DNA of 64,000 nucleotides, taken from the NCBI GenBank assembly GCA_016192455.1, contig JACPUC010000014.1, positions 1-64,000 on the forward strand. The letters run 5' to 3'. A model generated the notes under the pieces. The model was not told the DNA's origin, searched no databases, and worked only from the letters and a program-made list of their open reading frames with translations. This stretch comes from Candidatus Tectimicrobiota bacterium (GTDB lineage Bacteria > JACPUC01). Shown in pieces: positions 35,580 through 52,498 of this stretch. The position numbers and the translations under genes were made by a program. Each line of letters starts with the position of its first letter. Positions within the stretch are counted from its first letter, which is position 1.

Positions 35580-37718
35580 CTAGCCGGCACTCCGGTGCAG
35601 CAGGCGAAAGACGCCGATCGTTCGACCCCGAAGCTGGTAGGTGGATGCGGGCTTCCAGAGGCGGCGGCGCTCCAGGCGGGCGTAGGGATTGGTGTCGAGA
35701 ATAACCTGCCAGAGCGCGCGCGGCGCTTCGGACGGCAGCCTGAAGGAGAGACCCCGGGGATGCGCGTTGAAGAGGATGAGGAGGGTATCCCCCGCCACCT
35801 TGTTGCCGTGCACATCTACCTCGTCGATGGCGCTGGCATCCATGCGCACCGCCAAGGCTCTTGCCTCGGGGTTCCTCCACTCCTGGTCGCCCATCTCATG
35901 GCCGTCCGGCGCCAACCACATGATGTCTTTCTTCCCCGACTCATTCACGGACCTGCCGGTGAAGAACCGCCGCCGCTGCAGGATGGGCTCCTTCTTGCGG
36001 AGCTGCACGAGCTGCCGCGCCAGGCGAAGGAACTCGCGATCGGTCGGGGAGAGGTCCCAGCGATACCAGCTCGTCTCGTTGTCCTGGCAGTACGCGTTGT
36101 TGTTCCCCCCCTGGGTGCGCCCCAACTCATCGCCGCCGGAGATCATGGGCACCCCAACCGAGAGGAGCAGCGTCGCCAGGATGTTGCGCCGCTGCACCAG
36201 GCGCAGCCCCTCGACGCGCGGGTCCTCCGAGGGGCCCTCGACGCCGCAGTTCCAACTGAGGTTATCATCGTGGCCGTCCCGGTTCCCCTCGCCATTGACC
36301 TCATTATGCTTGTTGTTGTAGCTGACGAGGTCCTTCAAGGTGAAGCCGTCGTGAACCGTGACGAAGTTGATGCTCGCCTGCGGCCTGCGCCCGCCGGAGC
36401 TGTAGAGATCGCTGCTGCCCGAGAGGCGCGTGGCGAGGTCGCTGATCTGGCCCGAGTCGCCGCTCCAGAAGCGGCGGACGGTATCCCGGAACTTGTTGTT
36501 CCACTCGGTCCAGAGCACCGGGAAGTTTCCCACTTGGTAGCCCCCTTCGCCGAGGTCCCACGGTTCCGCGATGAGCTTCACCTGGGAGATCACGGGGTCC
36601 TGGTGGATGATGTCGAAGAAGGCGCCGAGTCGATCCACTTCATGGAGCTCGCGGGCCAAGGCGCTGGCCAGATCGAAGCGGAAACCGTCCACGTGCATCT
36701 CGAGGACCCAGTAGCGCAGGCTGTCCATGATGAGCTGCAGCACCCGCGGATGCATCATGTTGAGGGTGTTGCCGCAGCCGGTGAAGTCCATGTAGGAGCG
36801 CAGGTCCCGCGGCACCAGCCGATAGTAGGCGGCGTTGTCGATGCCCCGGAAGGAGAGGGTGGGGCCGAGGCGATTGCCTTCGGCGGTGTGGTTGTAGACG
36901 ACGTCGAGGATCACCTCGATGCCGGCGGCATGCAGGGCGCGCACCATCATCTTGAACTCGCGATCCGCCGCCAGCTCATCGGGACAGGCGGTGTAGCGGT
37001 TGTCCGCTGCAAAGTACGACAGGGTGTTGTAGCCCCAGTAGTTGCTCAGCCCCATGTCGACGAGACGCCGTTCATCGAGGCGGTGGTGGATCGGCATGAG
37101 TTCCACCGCCGTAATGCCAAGCTCCTGCAGGTGCCGGATGAGCGGGTCGCTGGCCAGCGCCGCGTAGGTGCCGCGCAGGCGCTCGGGAACCTCGGGATGG
37201 AGCGCGGTCATGCCTTTGACATGCGCCTCGTAGATGATGGTCTTCGGCCAGGGCGTGCGGGGCGGGCAGTCGTCACCCCACGTGAAGGAGGGATCGACGA
37301 CCGCTGCGAGAGGGGCATAGGGCGCGCTGTCCCGCTCATCCTTCGAGAGGTCCTCTGCCGGCGCGCCCAGGCGGTAGCCGTAGAGCGACTCGTGCCAGCG
37401 CGTCCGCCGTCCAATGGCCTTCGCATACGGATCGAAGAGGACCTTCGCCGGGTTGAAGCGGTGGCCGCGCTCGGGCTCATACGGTCCATGGACACGGTAG
37501 CCGTAGAGCTGGCCCGGCCGGATGCCGGGGAAGTAGCCGTGCCAGACCTGGTCGGTGTACTCGGGGAGACCAAGGCGGTGGTTCTCCTGCGTCGCCTCCG
37601 GATGGTCGAACAGACAGAGTTCCACCTTGGTCGCGTTCTCGGAGAAGAGCGCGAAGTTCACACCCATGCCGTCCCAGGTGGCGCCCAGGGGGTACGGTGT
37701 GCCGGGGAGGATTCTCAT
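35580..37718 (-). CDS. glgX: Glycogen debranching enzyme GlgX (GH13)
   Basis: [58 protein letters not shown]. Confidence 0.96.
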   Translation of the reverse strand: MRILPGTPYPLGATWDGMGVNFALFSENATKVELCLFDHPEATQENHRLGLPEYTDQVWHGYFPGIRPGQLYGYRVHGPYEPERGHRFNPAKVLFDPYAKAIGRRTRWHESLYGYRLGAPAEDLSKDERDSAPYAPLAAVVDPSFTWGDDCPPRTPWPKTIIYEAHVKGMTALHPEVPERLRGTYAALASDPLIRHLQELGITAVELMPIHHRLDERRLVDMGLSNYWGYNTLSYFAADNRYTACPDELAADREFKMMVRALHAAGIEVILDVVYNHTAEGNRLGPTLSFRGIDNAAYYRLVPRDLRSYMDFTGCGNTLNMMHPRVLQLIMDSLRYWVLEMHVDGFRFDLASALARELHEVDRLGAFFDIIHQDPVISQVKLIAEPWDLGEGGYQVGNFPVLWTEWNNKFRDTVRRFWSGDSGQISDLATRLSGSSDLYSSGGRRPQASINFVTVHDGFTLKDLVSYNNKHNEVNGEGNRDGHDDNLSWNCGVEGPSEDPRVEGLRLVQRRNILATLLLSVGVPMISGGDELGRTQGGNNNAYCQDNETSWYRWDLSPTDREFLRLARQLVQLRKKEPILQRRRFFTGRSVNESGKKDIMWLAPDGHEMGDQEWRNPEARALAVRMDASAIDEVDVHGNKVAGDTLLILFNAHPRGLSFRLPSEAPRALWQVILDTNPYARLERRRLWKPASTYQLRGRTIGVFRLLHRSAG

Positions 37719-37779
37719 GACGATCGCCTCTCGCTCTCTGCCATGCCCCTCGTGCCCTGATCGCGTGCCGCGGCGGCGT

Positions 37780-39723
37780 TCAGCCGGACGCCTCCGGCGG
37801 CGCGCCTTTCTCGGCTCGCAGCCAGAGCGCGAAGGAGGTCGGCTGCAGCGTCACGTCAACCTCGCCGCCTGACGCCAGACGCTCCGGCAGCAGGCTCCCC
37901 GAGCCGCCCCAGCTCTGGTCGGCGGAGTCGAGGCAACGCTCCCACTCCCCGTCCGGCATCGCCAGGCGGAGGTCCCCGCGGCGGTTCCCGAAGTGAAAGA
38001 GCACGAAGACCGCGCTCTCGTCAACCTGCCGATGCAGCGTCAGCACCGCCGCCGCCTCGAAGCAGGCGACCTGCTGCGTCTCCTTGCGCGGCCGCGCCAG
38101 GGCCGGGACCGTCTTGCGCAGCGCGATGAGCTGCGTATAGAGCGCCAGCAGCACGGCGTGCCGGCCCGACCGGCGCAGGTGGCGCCGCAGCGTCGAGCGC
38201 CGGAAGGTCTCCTCGGCCTGCGGGTCGGGCGCCGCGCCCTGCCAGGCGAAGCCGGCGAACTCCTCGCGCCGACCCCGGCGCACGGCGTCGATGAGCGCCG
38301 CATCGCCGTGACTGACGAAGTAGAGGAAGGGCGCGGTCTCGCCGTACTCCTCGCCCATGAAGAGGAGGGGCAGGAACGGCGACAGCAGCAGCACCCCGGC
38401 GGCCAGCTTCTGGGCCTCGAAGGAGACGAGCTGGCTGAGGCGCTCGCCGAGCCGCCGGTTGCCGATCTGGTCATGGTTCTGCAGGAAGACGATGTGCTGC
38501 TCCGCCGCCAGGTCCCGCGAGGAGCGGCCATAGCGTCGCTGGCGGAATGCGGAGTGCTGGCCGCAATACACGAACCCCTCGCGGCAGGCCGCGGCAAGCT
38601 GCGCCAGGCTGCCGAAATCCTCGTAGTAGCCGCTGCGCTCGCCGGTGACGAGGGCGTGGAAGGCATGGTGGAAATCGTCGGTCCAGACGGCGTCGAGGCC
38701 GCAGCCTCCCTGATCTGGCGACCGCGCCAGCCGCGGATCGTTCAGGTCGCTCTCGGGCATGATCTGGACCTGCCGGCCGAGCCGGCGCGCCATGGCGTGC
38801 ACGGCCTCGCCAAGCTCTTCCAGGAACGGCCTCGCCGAGCCGTCGAGGATGGCGTGCACCGCATCGAGACGCAGGGCGTCGATGTGGAACTGCGTCACCC
38901 ACGCCAGGGCGTTCTCGATGAAGTAGCGCCGCACCTCATCGCTGTGCGGGCCATCGAAGTTCAGGGCCGATCCCCACGGCGTCCGGTAGCGGTCGGTGAA
39001 GTAGGGGCCGAAGTCCGCGAGGTAGTTCCCCTCCGGGCCGAGGTGGTTGTAGACCACGTCGAGCACCACCGCCAGGCCGCGCTGGTGCGCCGCGTCGACG
39101 AGGCGCTGCAGGGCCCGCGGCCCGCCGTAGGAGTGCTGCACGGCGTACGGGTAGACGCCGTCGTATCCCCAGTTCCGCTGGCCGGGAAACTGCGCCACCG
39201 GCATCAGCTCGAGCGCGGTCACGCCCAGCGCCGCGAGGTAGTCGAGTTCACCGAGGAGCGCCGCGAAGGTCCCCTCCAGCGTGAAGGTCCCCGGATGCAG
39301 CTCATAGATGAGGTATCGCCACAGGGGTAGGCCAGGCCAGCGATCATCCTGCCACTGCGCCTCGAGGTCGACAACCTCGGAGGGGCCGTGCACCCCGTGC
39401 GGCTGCGAGCGCGAGGCTGGATCGGGACGCAGCCGCTCGCCGTCCAGCTCGTAGCGGTAGAGGCTCCCCGGCCACACCCCTTCCAGAACGCCCGCATGGT
39501 AGCCGCGCTCGCCAGCCTGCAGCGGCGCCCGCCGGGGCTCCGACTGCTGGAGCTGCACGGCAACCCTCGCCGCGAACGGCGCCCAGACGAGGAATCGACA
39601 GCGTCCCTCCCCTAGGTAGGTCGCGCCCAGGCTCGGACGCCACTCCGCCAGGTCGCCCTGCAGCCATGGCGCTGGCGCCGCGGCAGCGGGCCTGCCGCCC
39701 GGGAACACCTCGGCGGCGCTCAT
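37780..39723 (-). CDS. treZ: Malto-oligosyltrehalose trehalohydrolase
   Basis: [59 protein letters not shown]. Confidence 0.95.
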   Translation of the reverse strand: MSAAEVFPGGRPAAAAPAPWLQGDLAEWRPSLGATYLGEGRCRFLVWAPFAARVAVQLQQSEPRRAPLQAGERGYHAGVLEGVWPGSLYRYELDGERLRPDPASRSQPHGVHGPSEVVDLEAQWQDDRWPGLPLWRYLIYELHPGTFTLEGTFAALLGELDYLAALGVTALELMPVAQFPGQRNWGYDGVYPYAVQHSYGGPRALQRLVDAAHQRGLAVVLDVVYNHLGPEGNYLADFGPYFTDRYRTPWGSALNFDGPHSDEVRRYFIENALAWVTQFHIDALRLDAVHAILDGSARPFLEELGEAVHAMARRLGRQVQIMPESDLNDPRLARSPDQGGCGLDAVWTDDFHHAFHALVTGERSGYYEDFGSLAQLAAACREGFVYCGQHSAFRQRRYGRSSRDLAAEQHIVFLQNHDQIGNRRLGERLSQLVSFEAQKLAAGVLLLSPFLPLLFMGEEYGETAPFLYFVSHGDAALIDAVRRGRREEFAGFAWQGAAPDPQAEETFRRSTLRRHLRRSGRHAVLLALYTQLIALRKTVPALARPRKETQQVACFEAAAVLTLHRQVDESAVFVLFHFGNRRGDLRLAMPDGEWERCLDSADQSWGGSGSLLPERLASGGEVDVTLQPTSFALWLRAEKGAPPEASG

Positions 39724-41648
39724 GGCGTGCCTGCTTCGCCCAGCAGGAAGAGGATCGCCAGCGGCGGCAAGGTCAGGCTGACGGAGGAGGGACGGTTATG
39801 GTGCGGCTGCGCCGCCGCCGTCACCCCGCCGAGGTTGCCCATGCCGCTCCCTCCATACTCCCGCGCATCGCTGTTCAACACCTCCTTCCAGAAGCCGCCG
39901 CGGGGCACCCCCACCCGGTAGCTGAAGCGCGGCACGGGGGTGAAGTTGCAGACGACGAGCATCGCGGCAGCGTCCGCGCCTCGCCCTAGGGCGCGACCCA
40001 GCCGCAGGAAACTGAGGACGCTCTGCTGGCTGTCGCTGCCGTCGATCCACGCGAAGCCGTCGGGCACGCAATCGCCCGCGTGCAACGTCGGCTGCGCCCG
40101 GTAGAGTTGATTCAGGTCCTCCACCCAGCGCCGCACCCCGGCGTGCCCTGGATGCTCGAGGAGATGCCACTCCAGACTCGCCTCATGGTACCACTCCGAC
40201 CACTGGCCGATCTCGCCTCCCATGAAGAGCAGCTTCTTGCCCGGCTGGGCGTACTGGTAGCCGAGCAGGAGCCGCAGGTTGGCGAACTTCTGCCAGTCAT
40301 CGCCGGGCAGCTTGCGCAGCAGCGCTCCCTTGCCGTAGACAACCTCGTCGTGCGACAGGGGGAGCACGAAGCGCTCCGAGGAGTAGTAGAGCGACCGGAA
40401 GGTGATCTCGCTATGGTGGTAGGCACGGTGAATGGGGTCATGGCCGAGGTAGGAGAGGGTATCGTGCATCCAGCCCATATCCCACTTCAGGTCGAAGCCG
40501 AGGCCGCCGGCCACGGTGGGCCGCGTCACTCCGGGCCAGGCGGTGGACTCCTCGGCGGCGGTCAAGCTGCCGGGAAAGTGCCGGTGCACCGCCTCGTTGA
40601 AGTCGCGTAGGAAGCCAATCGCGGCGAGGTTCTCGCGCCCGCCGTGGTGGTTGGGAACCCACTCCCCCTCGCGGCGCGCGTAGTCGAGGTAGAGCATGGA
40701 GGCCACGGCGTCAACGCGCAGCCCGTCCACGTGGTACTGGTGCAGCCAGAAGAAGGCATTGCTGATGAGGAAGCTGCGGACCTCGTGGCGGGCGTAGTTG
40801 AAGATCAGGCTGCCCCACTCCGGATGCACCGCCTGGCGCGGGTCGGCGTGCTCGTAGAGGGCGGTGCCGTCGAAGTAGACAAGGCCGTGCCCGTCGGAGG
40901 GGAAGTGGGAGGGGACCCAATCGAGGAGGACGCCGATGCCGTGCTGGTGCAGGCAGTCGATGAGCGCCATGAGGTCCTGGGGTGAGCCGAAGCGGCTGCT
41001 CGGCGCGAAGTAGCCGGTGATTTGGTAGCCCCAGGAGCCGAAGAAGGGGTGCTCCATGACGGGCAGGAACTCGACGTGGGTGAAGCCCAGGCGCTGGACG
41101 TACTCGGCGAGCTGCGCGCCAAGTTCCCGATAGCTCAGGGAGCGGTGGTCCTCCGCGGCGACGCGCCGCCACGATCCAGCGTGCACCTCGTAAATCGACA
41201 GGGGGGCGTCGAGGGCATTCCGCCCGGGGCGCTCCGCCACCCAGGCGCCATCGCCCCACGAATAGCTGAGGTCCCACACCACCGAGGCCGTGAGCGGCGG
41301 CACCTCGGCGCGGCAGGCGAAGGGATCGGCTTTCTCCGCCACGTAGCCGTTGTAGCGCGAGACGATATGGTACTTGTAGAGGGATCCCGCCCCAACTCCT
41401 GGGATGAACCCCTCCCAAATGCCAGAGACGCCGCACGGGTGCAAGGCGTGACGCTCCGGCGCCCAGCCGTTGAAATCGCCGATGACGGCGACGCGCTCCG
41501 CGTTCGGCGCCCAGACGGCGAAGTAGGTTCCCTCGTCGCCGGCGTGCCGCAGCGGATGGGCCCCGAGCTTCTCGTAGAGGTGGAAGTGGGTCCCCTCGTT
41601 GAAGAGATGGAGGTCGTCATCACTTAGAAGGGTTACGTCGTAGCGCAC
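39720..41648 (-). CDS. glgB: 1,4-alpha-glucan branching enzyme
   Basis: [52 protein letters not shown]. Confidence 0.96.
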   Translation of the reverse strand: MRYDVTLLSDDDLHLFNEGTHFHLYEKLGAHPLRHAGDEGTYFAVWAPNAERVAVIGDFNGWAPERHALHPCGVSGIWEGFIPGVGAGSLYKYHIVSRYNGYVAEKADPFACRAEVPPLTASVVWDLSYSWGDGAWVAERPGRNALDAPLSIYEVHAGSWRRVAAEDHRSLSYRELGAQLAEYVQRLGFTHVEFLPVMEHPFFGSWGYQITGYFAPSSRFGSPQDLMALIDCLHQHGIGVLLDWVPSHFPSDGHGLVYFDGTALYEHADPRQAVHPEWGSLIFNYARHEVRSFLISNAFFWLHQYHVDGLRVDAVASMLYLDYARREGEWVPNHHGGRENLAAIGFLRDFNEAVHRHFPGSLTAAEESTAWPGVTRPTVAGGLGFDLKWDMGWMHDTLSYLGHDPIHRAYHHSEITFRSLYYSSERFVLPLSHDEVVYGKGALLRKLPGDDWQKFANLRLLLGYQYAQPGKKLLFMGGEIGQWSEWYHEASLEWHLLEHPGHAGVRRWVEDLNQLYRAQPTLHAGDCVPDGFAWIDGSDSQQSVLSFLRLGRALGRGADAAAMLVVCNFTPVPRFSYRVGVPRGGFWKEVLNSDAREYGGSGMGNLGGVTAAAQPHHNRPSSVSLTLPPLAILFLLGEAGTP

Positions 41649-41692
41649 GAACGCACCTCAGTCTCGCATGGCCAGGGGGCGGGACGCCCCTC

Positions 41693-45093
<3,401 letters not shown>

Positions 45094-45097
<4 letters not shown>

Positions 45098-47079
45098 GGG
45101 AGGTGTCGCTCCACTCGGAAGATGTGCGCGGGTTGAACCTGGGGATCGAGGCGCACGTAGTTGCGCTCCGACCATTCGTAGCGCGCCCCACTCAGGAGGT
45201 CGCAGACTTCGTAGCGCGCTCCCGGCGGCACGCCGATCTCCTCGAGCGGCACCATGGCCGTGCCGTGATGGGGATGGGCGGGATCGAGGTTGACCAGGAC
45301 GAGGATGACGTTCGACCGGTCCGCCGTCATTTTGGCATAGAAGAGGAGCTGCTCGTTATCGGTCTCGAAAAACCGCAGGTTGGTCAGGTCGTGGAGCGCC
45401 GGGTTCTCCCGCCTGATGATATTGACCCGCGCCATGAGCTCCTTGATGTTCCCTGGCTGGTTCCAGTCTCGCACGCGGATTTGATACTTTTCCGAATCCA
45501 GGTACTCTTCGCTCCCCTCGCGCAGGGGGGTGTTCTCGCCGAGCTCAAAGCCGCTGTAGATGCCGTACGAGGGGGAGAGGGTGGCGGCGAGCACGAAGCG
45601 CATCATGAAGGCGGGCCGTCCCCCTTTCTGCAGCACCGCTTGGAGGATGTCCGGGGTGTTGGTGAAGAAGTTGGGTCGGAAGTACTCCTGCATGCCGGAG
45701 GTGGTGAGCTCCGTGAGGTACTCGGTGAGGTCCCACTTCTCGTTGCGCCAGGTGAAGTAGGTGTAGGACTGCGTGAACCCCGCCTTGGCCAGCAGCTTCA
45801 TCATCTTCGGCCGGGTAAAGGCCTCGGAAAGGAAGATGACGTCCGGATGGTCGGCCTGGATTTCCGGGATCAGCCACTCCCAGAAGACGAGCGGCTTCGT
45901 GTGCGGGTTATCCACCCGGAAGATGCGCACCTGACGCTCGATCCAGAAGAGGAGCACATCGCGCAGGGCGTGCCAGAGGCCCCAGCGGTCGTCGGTATCG
46001 AAGTTGACAGGGTAGATGTCCTCATACTTCTTCGGCGGGTTCTCGGCGTACTTGATCGTCCCATCCGGGCGGTGGTAGAACCACTCCGGATGCTCCGTCA
46101 CCCACGGATGATCCGGGGAGCACTGAATGGCGAAGTCGAGCGCCACCTCCAGGCCGCACTGGCGCGCCGCCGCCACGAAGTGGTCGAAATCCTCCAGGGT
46201 GCCGAGGGCCGGCTCGATGGCCGTGTGCCCGCCGTGCTCGCTGCCGATGGCCCAGGGGCTGCCGGGATGGCTGGCGTCGCTGCGCAGGGTGTTGTTCGGT
46301 CCCTTGCGCTTGCTGCGGCCGATGGGGTGGATCGGCGCCAGGTAGAGCACATCGAAGCCCATGTCCCGGATGTCCCGCAGGCGCGCCTCGGCCTCGCGGA
46401 AGGTGGCGCCGCGCGCCGGATCGCTCCCCTGGGAGCGCACGAACATCTCGTACCAGGCGCCGAAGCGCGCCCGCGGGCGATCGGCGATCACCTCCAGCTC
46501 CGGCTCGTAGCGGACGGCGTCGCGCCGCGGCTGCAGGCGCAGCATGGCCTCGCCGAGCGCCTCCTCGGCCGCCAGCGCGAGGACTGCGGCGGGGTCGTGA
46601 CGCGCCGCGTGTAGCGCCTCGACGGCGCGGTGCAACAGCGCTCCCTCGTCCCCCGCGACGGCGAGCGCCTCCTGGAGGAGGGCGATGCCTTCGACGACCT
46701 CGCTGGCGACGTCGGGGTAGCCCCCCTCGACGCGCCGTTGCAGATCGAAGAGCCAGGAGGCGTACCCATCCGTCCAGGCCTCGATGGTAAAGCCGTAGCG
46801 CGCCGTGGCGCAGAGCGGAAACTCGCCCCGCCAGCGGTCGTTGACGAGCGGCCGCAGCGGTGTTTCGGCGTACGCTGCCTCGATGAACTCCGGGGACTCC
46901 TGGCCGGGGTTCCGCCGTGGTGTTTTGCGCCGCCACTTCACCACCGCCCGAAGGACCGCGTGGCCGTCGCGGAAGATGTCGGCCTCCACGCGGCACGGTT
47001 CACCCACGATGCGTTTCGCGGCATAGCGGCCCCCATCAACGCAGGGTTCCACCGCCTCGATGATAAGATGTCGCTCCAT
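45094..47079 (-). CDS. glgE: Alpha-1,4-glucan:maltose-1-phosphate maltosyltransferase
   Basis: ADIFRDGH, AWYEMFVRS, RKGPNN, YAENPPKKYEDIYP, FRVDNPHTKP, LSEAFT, NTPDIL. Confidence 0.96.
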
Positions 47080-47495
47080 GAGAACTCCCGTGGGGTAATG
47101 CCGGCGCCGCACCAGGCCCCTGGCTCATGGCTCCAGGAGGCCCGACATGGGGTACGAGGCCCTGGACTGGTTTTATCTTATTGGCATGATGTGCGAAACT
47201 TGCAAGGTCTCCGCTGCTTGACGTGGGGACATGCCGCGCTGCGGCCTGCGGCGTCACGCTCCTGGGAAGTCTCGGAACCGCCTTGTCAGCCGCATCGAGC
47301 CGCCGCCGGTCCGCGCCAGGAATCTCCTTGCCCCTTGAAGCAAGCAGGGTAAGATAGGGAGGGGCGCCTCCCGAACCGCATGCGCCTGAGCCCCCGCTCA
47401 GCCGCGGCGCGGGCGCGTGCAGAGAGTCCATAGCAGAGGGTCTGCTCGCGGGGGATGCGGGGCGCTCAGGACGTGGGCCTCATGAAGGAGTAGCT

Positions 47496-48476
47496 GTGAA
47501 CGCTGTCACCTACTTGGAGTCGCTCACCCACCGCGTGCTCGCGGGGGAAGCCATAGACGAGGATGATGCCTGCTGGCTTGCCGGCGCCGGGCCGGACCTC
47601 CTCGACGATCTCCTTGCCGGGGCCGCCGCCATTCGCTGGCGGTTCAAGGGCCAGAAGGTGGAGCTCTGCTCCATCATCAACGCCAAGTCCGGCGCCTGCT
47701 CGGAGGACTGCGGTTTCTGCTCGCAGTCGGTGCACCATCAGACGAACGTCCCGGAGTACCCGCTCATGGGCTTCGAGCCGATCGAGCGCGGCGCCAGGGA
47801 AGCCGCCGGCTGGGGCGTGGCGCGCTTCGGCATGGTGATGGCGATCCGCGGCCTGCGGGAAGGCCCGGAGCTCGAGACGGTGCTAGCCCACATCCGCCGC
47901 CTGCAAGCCGCGGGTGAGATCATCCCGGATGCCTCGCTCGGCCTCCTGACGCGCCCCATCGCCCGCAAGCTCAAGGAGGCGGGGCTGCAGGGCTACCACC
48001 ACAACCTCGAAACCAGCCGCAGCTTCTACGATACCGTCTGCACCACGCACTCCTACGAGGAGCGGGTGGAGACCGTGCGCATCGCCAAGGAGACAGGGTT
48101 CTACACCTGCAGCGGCGGCATCATCGGCATGGGGGAGACTCCCGAGCAGCGCGTCGAGCTGGCCTTCACGCTGCGCGACCTCGAGGTCGATTCCATCCCC
48201 CTGAACTTCCTCGTCCCCTACCCCGGCACGCCGATGGAGGACCTCGAGCCCCTGCCAGTATGGGAGATGCTTGCCACCATCGCGATGTTCCGCTTCGTCC
48301 ACGCGACCAAGGACCTGCGCATCTGCGGCGGGAGGGAGGCGCGGCTCGGCCCGGCTCAGGAGCGCATCTTCGAGGCCGGGGCCAACGGCACGATGATCGG
48401 CAACTACCTCACCACCATCGGCCGGGAGCCGGCGCAGGACCTCACCATGATCCGCCAGCTCGGCATGACGCTGTAG
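47496..48476 (+). CDS. bioB: Biotin synthase
   Basis: INAKSGACSEDCGFCSQS, HHNLETS, CSGGIIGMGE, IPLNFL, GNYLTT. Confidence 0.96.
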   Translation: MNAVTYLESLTHRVLAGEAIDEDDACWLAGAGPDLLDDLLAGAAAIRWRFKGQKVELCSIINAKSGACSEDCGFCSQSVHHQTNVPEYPLMGFEPIERGAREAAGWGVARFGMVMAIRGLREGPELETVLAHIRRLQAAGEIIPDASLGLLTRPIARKLKEAGLQGYHHNLETSRSFYDTVCTTHSYEERVETVRIAKETGFYTCSGGIIGMGETPEQRVELAFTLRDLEVDSIPLNFLVPYPGTPMEDLEPLPVWEMLATIAMFRFVHATKDLRICGGREARLGPAQERIFEAGANGTMIGNYLTTIGREPAQDLTMIRQLGMTL

Positions 48477-48567
48477 GGTCGGGACCCCCTGACTCCGTTC
48501 CCCGCAAGGACGGTTCGTTTCCAATTCACGGCGGGTTCCCTTCGCGGCCGCCCCTCCCCCTCGCGAT

Positions 48568-48614
48568 CCCTCACCCCTGGCCCCTCTCCCAATGGGAGCG
48601 GGAACGGGTGAGGG
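48568..48614. repeat. Nested inverted repeat (REP-like) in the bioB-bioF spacer
   Basis: CCCTCACCC...CTCCC-AAT-GGGAG...GGGTGAGGG. Confidence 0.6.
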
Positions 48615-48663
48615 CGGGGTCGGGGGAAGCAAGGGGCCCTCAGGAGCCCATTTCCAAACCCCT

Positions 48664-49895
<1,232 letters not shown>

Positions 49896-49899
<4 letters not shown>

Positions 49900-51269
49900 C
49901 GGCATCCCCCCAGCAGCTCCTGGAACTCGAACGACGCTGCATGTGGTATCCCTTCACGCAGATGCAGACGTACGCCGCGGAGGAGCCGCTGGTCATCGCC
50001 GGCGGTGAGGGACCCTACCTCATCGACGCCGCGGGGCGGCGCTACCTCGACGGCGTGGCGTCGCTGTGGACGAATGTCCACGGCCACCGCGTGCCGGCCA
50101 TCGACGCGGCCATCCGGGCGCAGCTCGAGCGCATCGCCCACTCGACCCTGCTCGGCTTGACGCACCCGCCGGCCATCGAGCTGGCGGGGCGGCTCATCGC
50201 GCTGGCGCCGCCCGGCCTGACGCGGGTCTTCTACTCCGATAACGGCTCCACGGCGGTGGAGGTGGCGCTGAAAATGGCGCTGCAGTTCTGGCGGCAGACG
50301 ACCCCGCCACAACCGCGGAAGCAGCGCTTCGTCTCCTTCCGCGAAGGGTACCACGGCGACACGCTCGGCGCGGTCAGCGTCGGCGGCATCGACCTCTTCC
50401 ACGCCCGCTACGGCCCCCTCCTCTTCCCCACCCTGAAGGTGCACGGCGCCTTCTGCTACCGCTGCCATCTCCAGGAGAGTTTCCCGGCGTGCCGCCTGCG
50501 CTGCGTCGATGAGCTCGAGGCCGTGCTCGCCCGCCAGGCCGAGGAGATTGCCGCGGTGGTCATCGAGCCGCTGGTGCAGGGCGCCGGCGGCATGATCGTC
50601 GCCCCGCCGGGACACCTGGCCCGCGTGCGCGACCTCTGCCGCCGCTACGACGTGCTCCTCATCGCCGACGAGGTGGCCGTCGGCTGCGGCCGCACCGGCA
50701 CCTTCTTCGCCTGCGAGCAGGAGGGCGTGGCGCCCGATCTCCTCGCCATGGGGAAGGGGGTCGCCGCCGGCTACCTCCCGCTGGCGGCGACGCTGACGAC
50801 GGAGCGCATCTACGAGGCCTTCCTCGGCGCCCCAGCCGAGCAGAAGACCTTCTTCCACGGCCACACCTTCACCGGCAATCCCCTCGCCTGCGCCGCCGCC
50901 CTCGCCAGCCTCGACCTCTTCGAGAAAACGAACCTCGTGCAGGCGGTGCGCGAGAAGAGCGCGCTGCTCGCCGCATGGCTGCAGCCGTTACGGCGGCGAC
51001 GCTCCGTGGGCGACATCCGCCAGCGCGGCCTATTGGCCGGCATCGAGCTCGTGCGGCAACGCGACAGCCGCGCGCCGTTCCCCCCGGAGCTCACCATCGG
51101 GCATCGGGTCACCTTGGCGGCGCGCCGGCGTGGCGCCATCGTGCGGCCGCTGGGGCACGTGGTGGTGCTCATGCCGCCGCTGGCCATCGAGCCTGATCTC
51201 CTGCGCGAGCTCGTCGACATCGTGGACCAGGCGATCGCGGAGGCCGCCGACCCCCTGGCGAAGGAGTAA
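49896..51269 (+). CDS. bioA: Adenosylmethionine-8-amino-7-oxononanoate aminotransferase
   Basis: WYPFTQM, DNGSTAVEVALKMA, YHGDT, IADEVA, MGKG, FFHGHTFTGNP; ATGA overlap with bioF. Confidence 0.95.
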
Positions 51270-51358
51270 GGTCACCCTTCGGCCGCCGCCGCGGCCCTTA
51301 CCGCGGGGACGGCAGGGGACGGCGCCGCTGGCGCGGCTCTCTTGAGGTCCGTCGTTAG

Positions 51359-52159
51359 GTGAGCTGCCAATCTCTCCTGATCAGCGGCACCGATACCGGC
51401 GTCGGCAAGACCATCGTGACGGCGGCGCTCGCCATGGCCCTCGACAGCGTCGGCTTGCGGGTGGCGCCCATGAAGCCGGTGGAGACGGGCTGCGTGGCCA
51501 CCGCCGCGGGTCTGGCGCCCTGCGATGCGCTCTTCCTGCGCCGGATCGCGCGCTGCACCGCAGCGCTCGACCTCATCTGCCCCTACCGCTTCGCGCCGCC
51601 CGTCGCCCCCTTGGTGGCGGCGGAGGAGGCCGGGGAAGCCATCCGGCTCGCACACCTCACGGCCTGCCGGCAGCGGCTCGCAGACCGCGCCGATGTGCTG
51701 CTCGTTGAGGGAGCGGGGGGCTTGGCCGTGCCCTTGCGGGCAGATCTCGACTACGCCCGCCTGGCCCGGCGCTGGCGCCTGCCGCTCCTCCTGGTGATCG
51801 ACAACCGCCTCGGTTGCCTGAACCATGCGCGGCTCAGCGTGGCGTACGCGGAGCGCGTCGGCCTCTCCATCCTCGGCTATGTCCTCAACCAGACGCAGCC
51901 GGCGGCGGGCGAGGCGGCGCGCTCGAACCCCGCCAGCCTGGCGCGGCTCCTGGCGGTCCCTTGTCTCGGCGTGCTGCCCCACGTCGGCGGAGCCGCTCTC
52001 AGCCCGGAGCGGGTGCGCGCCCTGGCCCTCGGCGAAGAGGGCGAGCCGCCCTCCGCCACCGTGGCCACGACTCTCGAGGCGATCCGCGCTCTCTCCCAGT
52101 GCCTCTCGCTGGCCGCGCTCCAGCACGCTCTGGCGCGCGACGCCGCGGTGAAGCAATGA
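51359..52159 (+). CDS. bioD: Dethiobiotin synthetase
   Basis: GTDTGVGKT, KPVETG, VEGAGG, LGCLNH. Confidence 0.94.
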   Translation: MSCQSLLISGTDTGVGKTIVTAALAMALDSVGLRVAPMKPVETGCVATAAGLAPCDALFLRRIARCTAALDLICPYRFAPPVAPLVAAEEAGEAIRLAHLTACRQRLADRADVLLVEGAGGLAVPLRADLDYARLARRWRLPLLLVIDNRLGCLNHARLSVAYAERVGLSILGYVLNQTQPAAGEAARSNPASLARLLAVPCLGVLPHVGGAALSPERVRALALGEEGEPPSATVATTLEAIRALSQCLSLAALQHALARDAAVKQ

Positions 52160-52498
52160 GCACGGGTTCTGGGAGGACCTCGCCGCGCGGACGGCTGACA
52201 GTCGCTGCAGGAGACGCATCGGCATCGGCTAGCTCGCGCGCGGCTGCTGGTTGCGGGATGGTTCCTGCTCGACAGCGCGACGGCTACGGAAGGCGAGGTG
52301 TCTGAATGCTGTTTCAGTGAAACGCATGACGTAGTAAGATGTCCAAGTAAATGACCTCGCCACACCCTTCGACCTCCAGCGCAGCGCCATGAGCCACAGC
52401 GAGAGCGTCTTTCAGCCGAGGCGCGGTGCCGGGAGTCGATGCTTCTGTTGACGAGAGCCCTGCGGCACCACCACACCCTTCAGGGAGCGTTGTCTCCT

